DNA of 48,452 nucleotides, filler included, from Trypethelium eluteriae (Eukaryota): NCBI GenBank assembly GCA_051942245.1. It is 2 parts of 2 records of this genome, joined end to end, with 100 filler letters (N's around TTAATTAATTAA, not from the genome) between each part and the next. Parts side by side here need not be neighbours in the genome. Positions count along the whole stretch, not along the records: positions 1 to 24,201 come from JAVECL010000406.1; 1 more part is not named here. One strand, 5' to 3'. Shown piece by piece: positions 1 to 10,395 of this stretch (position 1 is its first letter; each line of letters starts with the position of its first letter). The notes under the pieces were generated by a model. It saw only the letters and a program-made list of their open reading frames with translations, ran no database searches and was not told where the DNA came from. The position numbers and the translations under genes were made by a program.

Positions 1-456
1 CTCCAGTGCACCGTCTACCACTGGCGCTGCTCCACCCCCACCACCGCCTCTCCCACCAGGCCGATCGCCAGCCTCGCCTCCGCAATCAGCGCCCGCGGCG
101 CCGCCGTTGCCACCGCCTGGTGCCGGAGCGCCCAAGGGACGAGACAACCTGCTGGCTGATATCCGGGGCGGAGCGAGATTGAAGAAGGTCTCCGACAGCG
201 AGAAACGAGACCGAAGTGCGGCGGCGGTGGGTGGAGACTCTGGTGGTGGAGGAGGAGGAGGAGCAGGGGCTGCAGGGGCTGCGCCGGCGAGTGGTGCTGG
301 AGCAGGAGAAGCTGGGTTGGCGGGTGCGCTGGCGAGTGCGTTGGCGGCGAGGAAGGCAAAGGTGGGGGATAGTGGTGAGTTTGAGGATTTCTGTCAGAGT
401 GCGGGACCTACGCTAACTGTCTGGCAGATGATGAAGATGATAAGGATGATTGGTGA
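1..456 (+). CDS. LAS17: 3' end of WASP-family actin nucleation-promoting factor (Las17/Wsp1), 5'-partial
   Basis: Pro-rich stretch, WH2 motif (GRDNLLADIRGGARLKKV) and central helix (LAGALASALAARK). After a GTGAGT...CTAAC...CAG intron (375-427) comes the acidic Arp2/3-binding tail DDEDDKDDW* ending at 456. Confidence 0.9.
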
Positions 457-1236
457 AGGGGCTAGCACATGGTCGGTTGGGTCGTGCAATTTGGATTAAT
501 TGACTGCGATACAGCAGAAGTGCGGGTGAAAGAAGAGGCTTGCTTCAGTGTTGATGAAGCTTTTGGGGTAAGTTATAGTCGCTCTAATTGCATTACTATG
601 AGTCCATTTCGTCAATTTTGTGTACTAGGGAAATGTTTTAGGTCAAAGCTGAGTCAATAAAACTAACAGGTGTCGAGCCAAGACTTATCTTATTCACACG
701 ATCCTAATATATTGAACGCCAATTTTCCCCTGGTGTGATAGGTGCCTTTCGAAGGAATGGCCTGGAACAAGAATCTGTTAGGTCTTTAACCATTTATTTT
801 AAACCTGAACCAGAAGACTGTAACATCGTTCAATGGAAAGTGCGTCGATGCTGAAAGAACGGCGATTTATTACCGTACGGAGTCCCAACGTGCTGTGTGG
901 AGAATCCGCGTCGCTTAGGCCTCCTCCCATTCGACATATGAAATCGTAGAAATACCTGGTTTCTCCGCATGTCCGACATGGACCTAGAAATAATAGCTGT
1001 GGTAGGGAGCACCTACTTTCATGTCGTGTCTTATCCGTATTCCAAGCGCCACGGAACTATCTGAGATACTTAGACGGTACAAGAAGCTGGTAGGCACATG
1101 GAGGCTAGGTCATGAACTGTTTGTATTCTCAACTCGATTCCTACAAAATCTCAATCTCCTGTTTTCCATAAACCAATTCTCGCTTTTCGTACCACATGGG
1201 CGTGAATTAGCCCTGGAAAGTTCTCAAACGGGCCTC

Positions 1237-2280
1237 ATGCAAGAATTACGAGACTGTAGGCTCTACCACATGTTGAAATCAGCCTCCGACATCTCCTTCA
1301 TGGTGTACGGTGTTAGTCTCTGAACTTCTCCTATCATTCCCTTTCTTCTAACCATACCCTTTCCAGTACGATGCTAGTGTCCTCGGCAGAGTCCTCCACG
1401 CCACCTACCTGCACGCAATCCACAATCCGACATACCAATAAGTCATCCCCAGGGTCACTTCCACCTATCTATTATTCCCTCGCTGCCTGCCTCACCGCCT
1501 TGTCACCTCCATCTTCGCCTTCTGGATGGACCGCCAGGCCACTGACAGCCTCGTTGCGGTCTTTGGCAGCATCATCCAAGCCAGTACTTTCAGCATCGCA
1601 CAGCTCGCCAATGCCTGGAATGCGATGGTGCTGATTGCAGGGGCTCCACCTGCGTGTTGGGTCGTCTTCCGACTCATAAATGGAAGCAGGCAGATGGGTT
1701 GGTGCATTCTGACCGTGGTGCAATGTTCCTCTTCCAGCAATGGGGTGAGGTGAGGTGAGTCCTGCTAGATGCGCCCAAATGGTATTATATGAGGGCCTGG
1801 ATTGAGAGGGGGATCGAGTGTTGACAAGGTTGAACTATATATAAGGAAGCAGAGCGCGCCGAGTTGTACAGGAGTAGAGGAGAGATTCTGCTGACGATTA
1901 TGGTCGAATCAGAGGTAAAGACCAGCCTAAGATGGACGTAGTCTGTCACGATGGGAGCCATGGATAATACAAGAATGAAGACCACAAGGAGAATGTGTAT
2001 GTATCTGTTCCCGGCTGCCCCTGATCGTGAGCGGATTGATTTGGGTATTGATTTGCTTCTATACTAGGTCCTTAAAGAGTCTTTATTCACGGCAGGATGA
2101 ATGCTCATATGGTCTAGGCAGCGTGATACTTGTGAGCCCTGCTAGACCATCACCAAGCTCCCTTCTCTCCGACGTGTACAATATCACTTTTGCTCTTCTT
2201 GACTTTGTCCCTTCATACTTCACAATCCAACAAGTTGGCCACTGCTCTGTCCTACTGTATAGCGGCCGATATTTGCAGCG
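1237..2280 (+). pseudogene. Decayed MFS sugar-porter pseudogene (N-terminal ~two thirds)
   Basis: Collinear sugar-porter remnants: ISFMVYG|intron 1312-1366 (GTTAGT..CTAAC..CAG)|YDASVLG (cf. GYDxGV), GSIIQASTFSIAQL, LLDAPKWYYMR (cf. PE/DTPRW) and YFTIQQVGHCSVLLY (cf. IERxGRR). Interrupted by a stop (TAA 1439-1441), further stops and frameshifts. The 3' boundary is approximate. Confidence 0.75.
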
Positions 2281-2320
2281 TCTGGAAGGGTCTCATTTCT
2301 GTATATCATTCCACGAGCCG

Positions 2321-3391
2321 TCATAAAGAAGGCATTGAAGGGCAGTAGAATTCTCGCTCCGTGATGAACCTATCTCCAACCCACAATCTCCATGTTTTTA
2401 AACAAAAATTGCCAACTTCCCTACCATCGTGCACCAGAGTATAGTTTGTCCCATCAAGGTCGACCTCCACGATGGCTGATCCGACTACGCCAAGATACGG
2501 TCTCGGTCCAGTCTCTCCGCCACCTCCTAAAGGTGGCAGATCTGATGGATTGCCTCTATCGTATCCTATGACTTGAGGCGGTCGACCTCCACACCACTGG
2601 TGCAACATATCGCTAAGAATGTCGATAGTCAACTGGTACTGAAGAAATGATTCACCCTCACGCCATCGGTTTGCGAATGTCATTTTTGGCGTAATGATAA
2701 AAACCTCGGGACCATACTCCGGGTCAACCGTCCCTCCTGGTGCTATGAGCGTATCGATTCCCATTCTTTGGATAGCCGCGAAAGCTTCTTGGATGAATCT
2801 AGGATCGAATTGCTCGTATCCATCTTCGTTCGCAAAAGCTGGTACTTCCCAAATATTTATGAGAAGGATACCACTCCAAGAGAAGATTATGACGGACGTG
2901 CATCCGTATAACCCAGCAACTCCGACAGCACCCGTACCTCCTCCGCTGTGCACAAAACTAAAACTTCTCCCAACTACCGTTGTCCCATGTGGGGCAGACA
3001 CTTGATACCTGTAATAGGGGTGAAGCCATAGACGAGACGCCGTGATGTGCCTTGCTAATTGCGCTACGTAATTGCCTGGATTGTGAATGTTGATTAGAGG
3101 GTAAAGGGCCCGCTTTGATAAATTGCTGTTACGCTGTTGCGGATCATCTGTAAGATTCGCTTTCGAAAATAGGGGAAGATTGACAGGAGTTGTGGAGTTG
3201 CCGTCAACCGCAGACGTTGCATTGGAAACAACATCACACGCAACACCGCATATCTCAGGAGTACATAGAGTCATGTTGCGCAGGAGGGGCTTTACGTTAG
3301 ATACTCCCCTGCTATGTGGAGCCGTGGCGATGCCATTCGTGAAGAGACTCAGGTAGAGAGCGATTCTGTACCAGTGAAAGAGGGTACCCAT
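2321..3391 (-). CDS. Secreted protein, 356 aa, intronless; signal peptide, pro-region with Kex2-like KR, CNF1/BLF1-like LxGC motif
   Basis: Hydrophobic N-terminus (IALYLSLFTNGIATA), CTPEICGVAC, N-glycosylation sequons, LSKR dibasic site and GLYGCTSVIIFSWSGILLINIWE. Confidence 0.75.
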   Translation of the reverse strand: MGTLFHWYRIALYLSLFTNGIATAPHSRGVSNVKPLLRNMTLCTPEICGVACDVVSNATSAVDGNSTTPVNLPLFSKANLTDDPQQRNSNLSKRALYPLINIHNPGNYVAQLARHITASRLWLHPYYRYQVSAPHGTTVVGRSFSFVHSGGGTGAVGVAGLYGCTSVIIFSWSGILLINIWEVPAFANEDGYEQFDPRFIQEAFAAIQRMGIDTLIAPGGTVDPEYGPEVFIITPKMTFANRWREGESFLQYQLTIDILSDMLHQWCGGRPPQVIGYDRGNPSDLPPLGGGGETGPRPYLGVVGSAIVEVDLDGTNYTLVHDGREVGNFCLKTWRLWVGDRFITEREFYCPSMPSL

Positions 3392-4511
3392 GAAATAATT
3401 AGTAAAGAATGGAAAAGGTTTGAGAGCAGTAAAGAAACTTGGGGCTGGAAACTATCCACCAGAATGGAAGACGTTGGATATTAAGTAGAGAGGTCGTGTG
3501 GCAAATAGAATATTCCTCCTAAAATAAGCATCCGACTTTCATGAGAGATACGCATCAATTGACAGCATTTGTAAGAGCTACGACTGACACAAACTCATTC
3601 TAGAAGTGGCTACTGGAAATGTCGCATCCATACTATGAAGTCAGGTGTAAAAGATTTCAGGTGACGTATCGTACGGCAGGTCCGTTCCTTTGGCGGACCA
3701 AACTATAAAACAAGACGGCAGTAAATCAGCTGGCCAAGGGCGGCCAAGCAATGGTTCTTTGGAACAGCTACGTGGGATTACATCAACAAGTTTCGAAAAG
3801 CTGAGACCAGATGTTGATGGCATCCACAGAACATCGGCATTTTCCGCACAAGAGTAGGCTTCATTGGAGCGGCTGCGCCATCCTTATCTACATTCCCTAT
3901 TTCGGAGCTTCCTTCTTGATTCATGCGATTTACCTTTTGCAGCGATTTGACCCTATTTAAACGATCGTTGGTGCAGGCCATCGGACATGCCGATGCAGTG
4001 GGGCAGTGGCGGAGGGTTTTCCTGACGCACCCAGATGGAGGGTAGTGGGAGAATAGGTCGTCCGGCCTTTTCGAGAGGAATGTATCATTCTTTTCAACCA
4101 TCAAGTGCTTCGTACCGTCAATGTGAAGTTCGAGTCATGCGGAAAATTACTGAAGGTTCAGATGTCTCGGGCAATGGGAAGGCCTGTACTCTAGCTTCTC
4201 TGTCGAACTTACCGGGACTCGTTGAAAGTCTCGTGCCGCGTTGCGATGGGACTAGGAAATCTTATTACTGGTCCCTATCTCATTATTGAGAGGACGATAC
4301 GTCGAGCGCTGTCAGCTTGTCTGTACTTTGTCGTGGTAGCTCACGAGATTCTATACTCCACACTTGAGTCATATCGAGGGACGCATTCAGCTTTCCAGAG
4401 GTTGCCTCTTACGATGCAAGGTGGCATTGCGATCTTAATGAGACTAGGTAGAGTAGGTAGGTAAATGGCCACCTGATACCTAAGGTAGCGATACGAAGAA
4501 ATAGAAAAGTG

Positions 4512-4612
4512 CACGTGACAGCGCGTCATTCTGAGTAATGGTGAACTCGCGTGCCACGAAATATGGTATCACTTCATGTGGTACTCGGTAAAATCCGGAG
4601 TGCTAACCCTAA
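4512..4612. promoter_or_regulatory. Cbf1-type E-box (CACGTGAC, 4512-4519) and telo-box/Tbf1-like site (CTAACCCTAA, 4603-4612) upstream of POP1
   Basis: Exact motifs within ~210 bp of the POP1 ATG. Function is inferred from the Tbf1/Cbf1 ribosomal regulon known in other ascomycetes. Confidence 0.4.
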
Positions 4613-4718
4613 GGTACTACTCCACACTCTTGCCTGGTCTCTCTAGAACACAAGATCTGCCAGAACAGTAAGCTTTCTTTAACTTCTTCTTCCTGCCTTC
4701 CATACAAATGAAACGGAA

Positions 4719-7543
4719 ATGGCACCTGCGAAAAAGCCAGACCTGAAGCGCAAAACCCTCCATGACAACAGCTCGCAACCTGCGGCTTGGTCACAGCAGT
4801 CCACGTCTCGCCAACAAAAATACGCGAAAATTCGCGACGCTCGCCAAATCGCTGTCCAAACATCCACCAAGGCCTTCAGCAATGGCGAGCTCGATCTCGA
4901 TAAGTTTGTCAAGGCAAGGGAATACGAGATTAAGGCATTAGAAGATGCGCTTCTCAGAAGTAAAAGAAGTCTGAGCGCTAGGGCCTTTCAGGGTGTTCCA
5001 AGGGAGATGAGAAGGCGAACAGCTAGCCATGATGCCAAGAAGGTGCCGAAGAGATTGAGGGATCGGGCAAAGAAGGAGGTGTGTGGTTTCCAATCCACCA
5101 GCGAAGGAGATACATTGTCGAGGTTTGATCTTAAGTTGACGATTAGGTGTAGATGGAAGAAGATAACACTCCGACAAGGAAACGGCAGTTCACGGCAAAG
5201 GTGCGGTTGAGATTGGAAACAGCAAAGAAGTTAAGAGAGATTCGGCAGGGGGTCACCAAAAAAAACGAGCCCCAAGCGAAGCTGACACAAAGGCCTAATG
5301 GGAAGGGGGAAGGCAATGATAAACAGGTCAAGGATACCAAGGTCAAGAAAAACAAGCTGCTGGAACCTCCAAAACCACAATCTTTGTTTCGGAAACGTCA
5401 GATTTATAAGACGTGGCTACCCACGCATCTCTATCACACCAAAAGAGCTCATATGACTGTCCCAAAGGAGCCTCTCTGGAGGTTTGCGCTTCCATTGACG
5501 CCAACGAACAAGAGCTATAGAGTTACGCACCGAGCTAGCGGGCAGAGAGGTGCTATGGCGTGGGATACGAGCTACGTCTCTACTATCGGTCTGGAAGGAC
5601 CTGAGAAAAGTATTCACGGGCTGCTGAAAGCTCTCGGGGTCGGTGCTGACAGTGAGGGAGCGGACATATGGGCCAACAGAGGCCAGCGCTGGCTAAGAGG
5701 AACCAGGAGTTGGACTGGCTGGCTATTTGAACGAGAAGGGTTTCCTCACAGGCCCATTGGGCCGGCAATGATTGTGTGGCATCTGCAGCTAGAGCAGGCT
5801 AGCGATATTGTCATGGGAGGTACCGAGCAGCCTCCCCAAAGGAAGAAATACAAGAGGAAGGTTCTCATCAGGGTACATCCTTCGGCATTCCTGCAATTAT
5901 GGGAAGAAGTCTTGAGACTTGCAAAGGTACAGAAGCCGATGGTGATGGTAGAAGACCTTCGTTTTGAGTTCGGAAGCATCGAAGTTACTGGTCCGGCTTC
6001 AACCGAAGCTCTCCTAGCAACTCTATGGCCAACCCAAACTGCAGACAATGACTCAGACGAGGCAGATAACCCTAGCAAAGTTTGGACAACAATCGGTCCC
6101 ATAACGAGCCCGGCATCTACGCCACTTGGCGCGCTTCTAGCCTTCGAAATCCAAGATCCACGCCTTCACTTCCCGACTCCCAAGTCAGGCCCAACCCCAC
6201 AAGATCCAACTAGTCAATTCCGCGCGCTCTCCCTCCTCTCTTCCTGGCCTCCCGATCGCACACAAGTCCCACCCGACATCTTTCTTCGCACTGCTCGCCT
6301 CAAATCCCAACGCGAACTGCCCAGCCAAAAAGCCATCAGCCGCCGCAAATCTCTCGCCACTCCCGGCAGCTATCCTGATCCCAAACTCACTGACCCGCGC
6401 ATCCCCATCATGCTCCTTGCAAACCGTGCCCCTTCGCGCAGCCAGGGAAGCTGGACACTACTTCTTCCGTGGAAATGTATTCAGCCTGTGTGGTATTGCC
6501 TACTTCATGTGCCGCTCTCAACAGGAGGCAGTGTGCGGTTTGGCGGCCAGAGGGAGGTGCAGCAGGTAGCGTTCGAGTGTGGTGAACCATGGTTTCCGGG
6601 GGATTTTCCGGGCACCAGGGCAGGATGGGAATGGGAGGAAAGAGAGCGAAAGAGGAGGAAGGAAGAGTGGGACAGGAAGCCCAAAGGGAAGAGAGTGGAA
6701 TGGGCCAGCGTGGATTTAGGGAAGGGTCGAAAAGGCGAAGTAGGAATAGGATGGGGATGTGATTGGGAGAGGTTGTTTTATGGGCCTACTAAAGTAGGTC
6801 AAAACGATGAGCGTCAACGAGAACAGCAAAATCTAGCAAATGGAGCTAGCGATACAAGAGTCCTCCCGGCTAAAGAGAATGAGCAGGGCGTCGACGAGGA
6901 GGAAGAACATGAAAAGACGCCAAAGCATCCAAAGCTATTTCAACTTCGCTCATCCATCGCCCACTCTATCCTCACCTCAGGCTCTCCAAATCAAGATCTA
7001 CTCGTTGGTGCTCTCATAACCATCAAACTCTCCTTTATTTCCCGCGGTGTCACTTCTCCCTGTAGCCGTATCTACAGACTTCCCACAGAAGATCCCTCTC
7101 TCCGCGAGCAATGGCTATCTCTCCTCCCCGACCCCAACTCTTCCAAGACTAGGAACAAGAGGAATCGCAGGGGTCCCGCTCCATTGGCGAAAGATGCTGC
7201 TCAAAGCGCAGTCCAGCAGCGGCTGGCAAGAATACTCTTCGAGCCAATGCCCGTGAACCCGGGCAGTAAGGAATATCCGGTGGTGCCGGAGGAGAAGGAT
7301 TTGATGGGATTTGTGACGAGTGGAAATTTTAATCTGGGAGAGGGCCAAGTGACTGGAATTGGAAGTTTGCTGTTGAGTAAATTGGTAGCGTCTCAAGATC
7401 CATTGGGTCGAAGGCAGGACGAGCACAGAAAAGAGGGGAAGGGGGCCTGGAAAGGGAGTGAAGTGATGAAGGAAGACAGACTATGCATTGTGAGAGAGGC
7501 TGGATTAGGCTTTGGACGGCTGGCTGTGTGGGATATCTGTTGA
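4719..7543 (+). CDS. POP1: RNase P/MRP subunit Pop1, ~916 aa; exons 4719-5078, 5153-7543
   Basis: Conserved motifs FQGVPREMRRRTASH, WLPTHLYHTKRAHM, WDTSY, GWTLLLPW-like (SWTLLLPW), PWFPGDFPGT and GFVTSGNFNL. Phase-0 intron GTGTGT...TAG. Confidence 0.95.
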
Positions 7544-7944
7544 CCTGGGATACGACTGGTTTCAGGTTTATGATTACAAAGGAATAGACGAGGGCAAGTT
7601 TCTCGATAGTGGAAATAGTGTGATTGACCGTAGTCGACTAAGAGCGGAAATCATTTGCGAAGGCGGAATCGACGACATTGCTCCTAGCAGCATGCATGTA
7701 GATTTTTAACTCCTATCCTTCGAGCTCCGCAAGTAGATATCCCTTAGTATCGTCAGTATTGATAGACACTGAGTAGTGGATGTCAATGGCCATGGCGGCG
7801 TGTTTCCGGGGTACGGGCGCTGTCGGGGAGACGGCATCATTTCGATCTGCAAATCTTCCTCCAGAGCTTCTGTAAAAGATCGCGAGAATACCTGAAGCTC
7901 TTTCGAAATCGAAGACCAATTGATACCTCTCCTGTTTTCTTACT

Positions 7945-9612
7945 ATGCTCCCCCGGACAGCAGTGACCAGAATAGGCTCTTATGCTTCGCGCAAAGCTTT
8001 CCCATCACATGCGATAGCTCGGAGCTTCTCCGCAGCTTCATCCATCCGAAGGGTTCCCGTCTCTATTACCACATGCACCAGAAATCCTCCAATTCCACGC
8101 ACTTTAGCTACGGGCTCTGCGGCTACGGCACGAAGCTTCGCCGTGACTACCAGGATGGCAGCGTCAACAAGAACAGAAAGTGATGCTTTCGGAGAAATAC
8201 AGGTTCCTGCGAACAAGTATTGGGGGGCGCAGACAGAGAGGTCATTGGAGAATTTCAAGATCAATCAACCGCAGGATCGCATGCCACCTCCGATAGTTAG
8301 AGCATTCGGCATATTGAAAGGAGCAGCGGCTACAGTCAATATGAAGTTTGGGCTTGGTAAGACGACGACGTCGTCGAACGACCTGGATGAAGACTAATGA
8401 GGACCAGACACCAAGCTTGGGAATGCAATTCAGCAGGCTGCTAAGGAAGTCGCCGATCTTAAGCTTGTCGACCACTTTCCTCTCGTTGTCTGGCAAACTG
8501 GCTCCGGTACTCAGTCCAATATGAACGCAAATGAAGTTATCTCAAATCGCGCAATTGAGATTCTTGGAGGCACAATGGGCACCAAAAAGCCAGTCCACCC
8601 GAATGACCATGTCAATATGTCTGCCTCCTCCAACGACACCTTCCCTACCGTCATGCACATTGCCGCTGTCCTTGAATTCGAGGAACATCTCCTGCCTTCC
8701 CTCAAATCCCTCCGCGACGCCCTCCACCGCAAATCACAGCAATTCGAACGAATCATCAAGATCGGACGAACCCATCTACAAGACGCTACCCCTCTCACTC
8801 TTGGCCAAGAGTTCTCCGGCTATGTCACCCAACTCGATTACGGCATCGAGCGCGTCCAATCCGCGCTGCCTCGGCTCCGTAACCTTGCTCAGGGCGGCAC
8901 CGCCGTTGGGACAGGCCTCAACACCTTCGCTGGCTTCGCAGAAGACATTGCTGCCGAAGTCACCAAGATGACGGGTCATCAATTCCAGACAGCGCCCAAC
9001 AAATTCGAAGCTCTCGCTGCTCACGACGCCATCGTTGAGGCGTCAGGCCAGCTCAACACGCTCGCCACATCGCTGTTCAAGATCGCACAGGATATTCGGT
9101 TCCTTGGATCAGGTCCGCGATGTGGGCTGGGCGAGCTGAAATTGCCGGAGAATGAGCCGGGAAGCTCCATCATGCCGGGAAAGGTGAACCCGACGCAGTG
9201 TGAGAGTATGACGATGTTGTGCACGCAGGTTATGGGAAATCATGCCGCGGTGACGTTCGCAGGCAGCCAAGGGAACTTTGAGCTGAATGTTTTCAAGCCC
9301 GTCATGATCCGCAATCTCCTACATAGCAGTCGTGTGCTCGGAGATGGAATGCAAAGCTTTGAAAAGAACCTTGTAGCAGGTATGGAAGCAGACGAAAAGA
9401 GGATCGGAGCGCTATTGCATGAGAGTTTGATGTTGGTGACATGTTTGAATCCTGTGATAGGATACGATATGGCGAGCAAAGTGGCAAAAAATGCGCATAA
9501 GAAGGGGACGACGCTTAAGGAAAGTGCAATGGAATTGAAGGCACTGAGTGAGGAGGATTTTGACAAGACAGTGAGGCCCGAACTGATGCTTGCGCCAAAA
9601 GAGAAGAAATAG
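7945..9612 (+). CDS. FUM1: Fumarate hydratase class II, ~538 aa, with mitochondrial presequence; exons 7945-8356, 8408-9612
   Basis: [36 protein letters not shown] and the [11 protein letters not shown] signature. Intron GTAAGA...CTAAT...CAG. Confidence 0.97.
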
Positions 9613-10297
9613 ATGGCATACCCACGAAGGGTTTCCCTGAGAGAGCTGTACATATAGGTATCGTTCCGACTGGGCCAGTTGAAAGTTCCACAACGGCTGA
9701 AAATGGCACATCGTCCAATTGTACACTGTTGAATGGCTGCACTGAGATGCGCTTACGGAGGAGTGGACATTTATGAGAAACATACGCTCGGTCCATGACT
9801 CAATTCACAACAGAAATACGGTTAGATTTAACCGACGGTACTCTGGCCCCTTCGCTGTAGTAAGCCAGGCTATCACCGTGCTTTGCGACCATAGCCACCA
9901 TTGCTGTACAAGCTGTGATGGCCGTAAAGGTCTAAAACTGCAACTTATCAGGCTACTTTCAGATAGCCGACGTACCGAATGTGCGCTATTCACTCTTGTT
10001 TAGAAGGGAAAAACATGACCTGAGCGAAAGGAGGTAAAAGGCACCAGCCGAGCAGATTTCACTTACAAGAATTTACTTCTCCGCGGTCAGAGTAGCACTA
10101 CAAAGGCTGAAGCCAACGATCTTGAGGTAGCCAGCGTGTGAAAAAAGCGAGCTGGTATAGTGTCCATTTTGTGCTTTTTTGTGTGGAGAAGATGGATTGC
10201 TGTTGACGATGTACTGGCAAGAGTGGGTGGCCTCGGAGATGGCTCCGGAAAGCTCGACCTAAGCACATGGAGAGCGGAGGTCAAAAGCTTGGCAAAG

Positions 10298-10340
10298 ACG
10301 CGCTAAAACGCGGCAGGTTCAGAACTCCGCACTATACGCG
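10298..10340. promoter_or_regulatory. Three MCB-like ACGCG cores upstream of SMC5
   Basis: ACGCG at 10298, 10308 and 10336, within 100 bp of the SMC5 ATG. This clustering is typical of MBF (Mbp1/Swi6) G1/S targets. Confidence 0.5.
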
Positions 10341-10395
10341 ACTTACTCCGTCTTGAAACCCCCCACAAATCCGGCGAAAGTCGAGACATACCATC

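Noticed and set aside
3778..4104. 108-aa minus-strand ORF between the secreted protein and POP1
   Set aside because: No recognisable motif, non-ATG annotated start and no splice support.
4603..4612. CTAACCCTAA as a telomerase RNA template
   Set aside because: It lies only about 106 bp before the POP1 ATG on the same strand, so there is no room for the downstream pseudoknot and body of a fungal TER. A promoter telo-box is more parsimonious.
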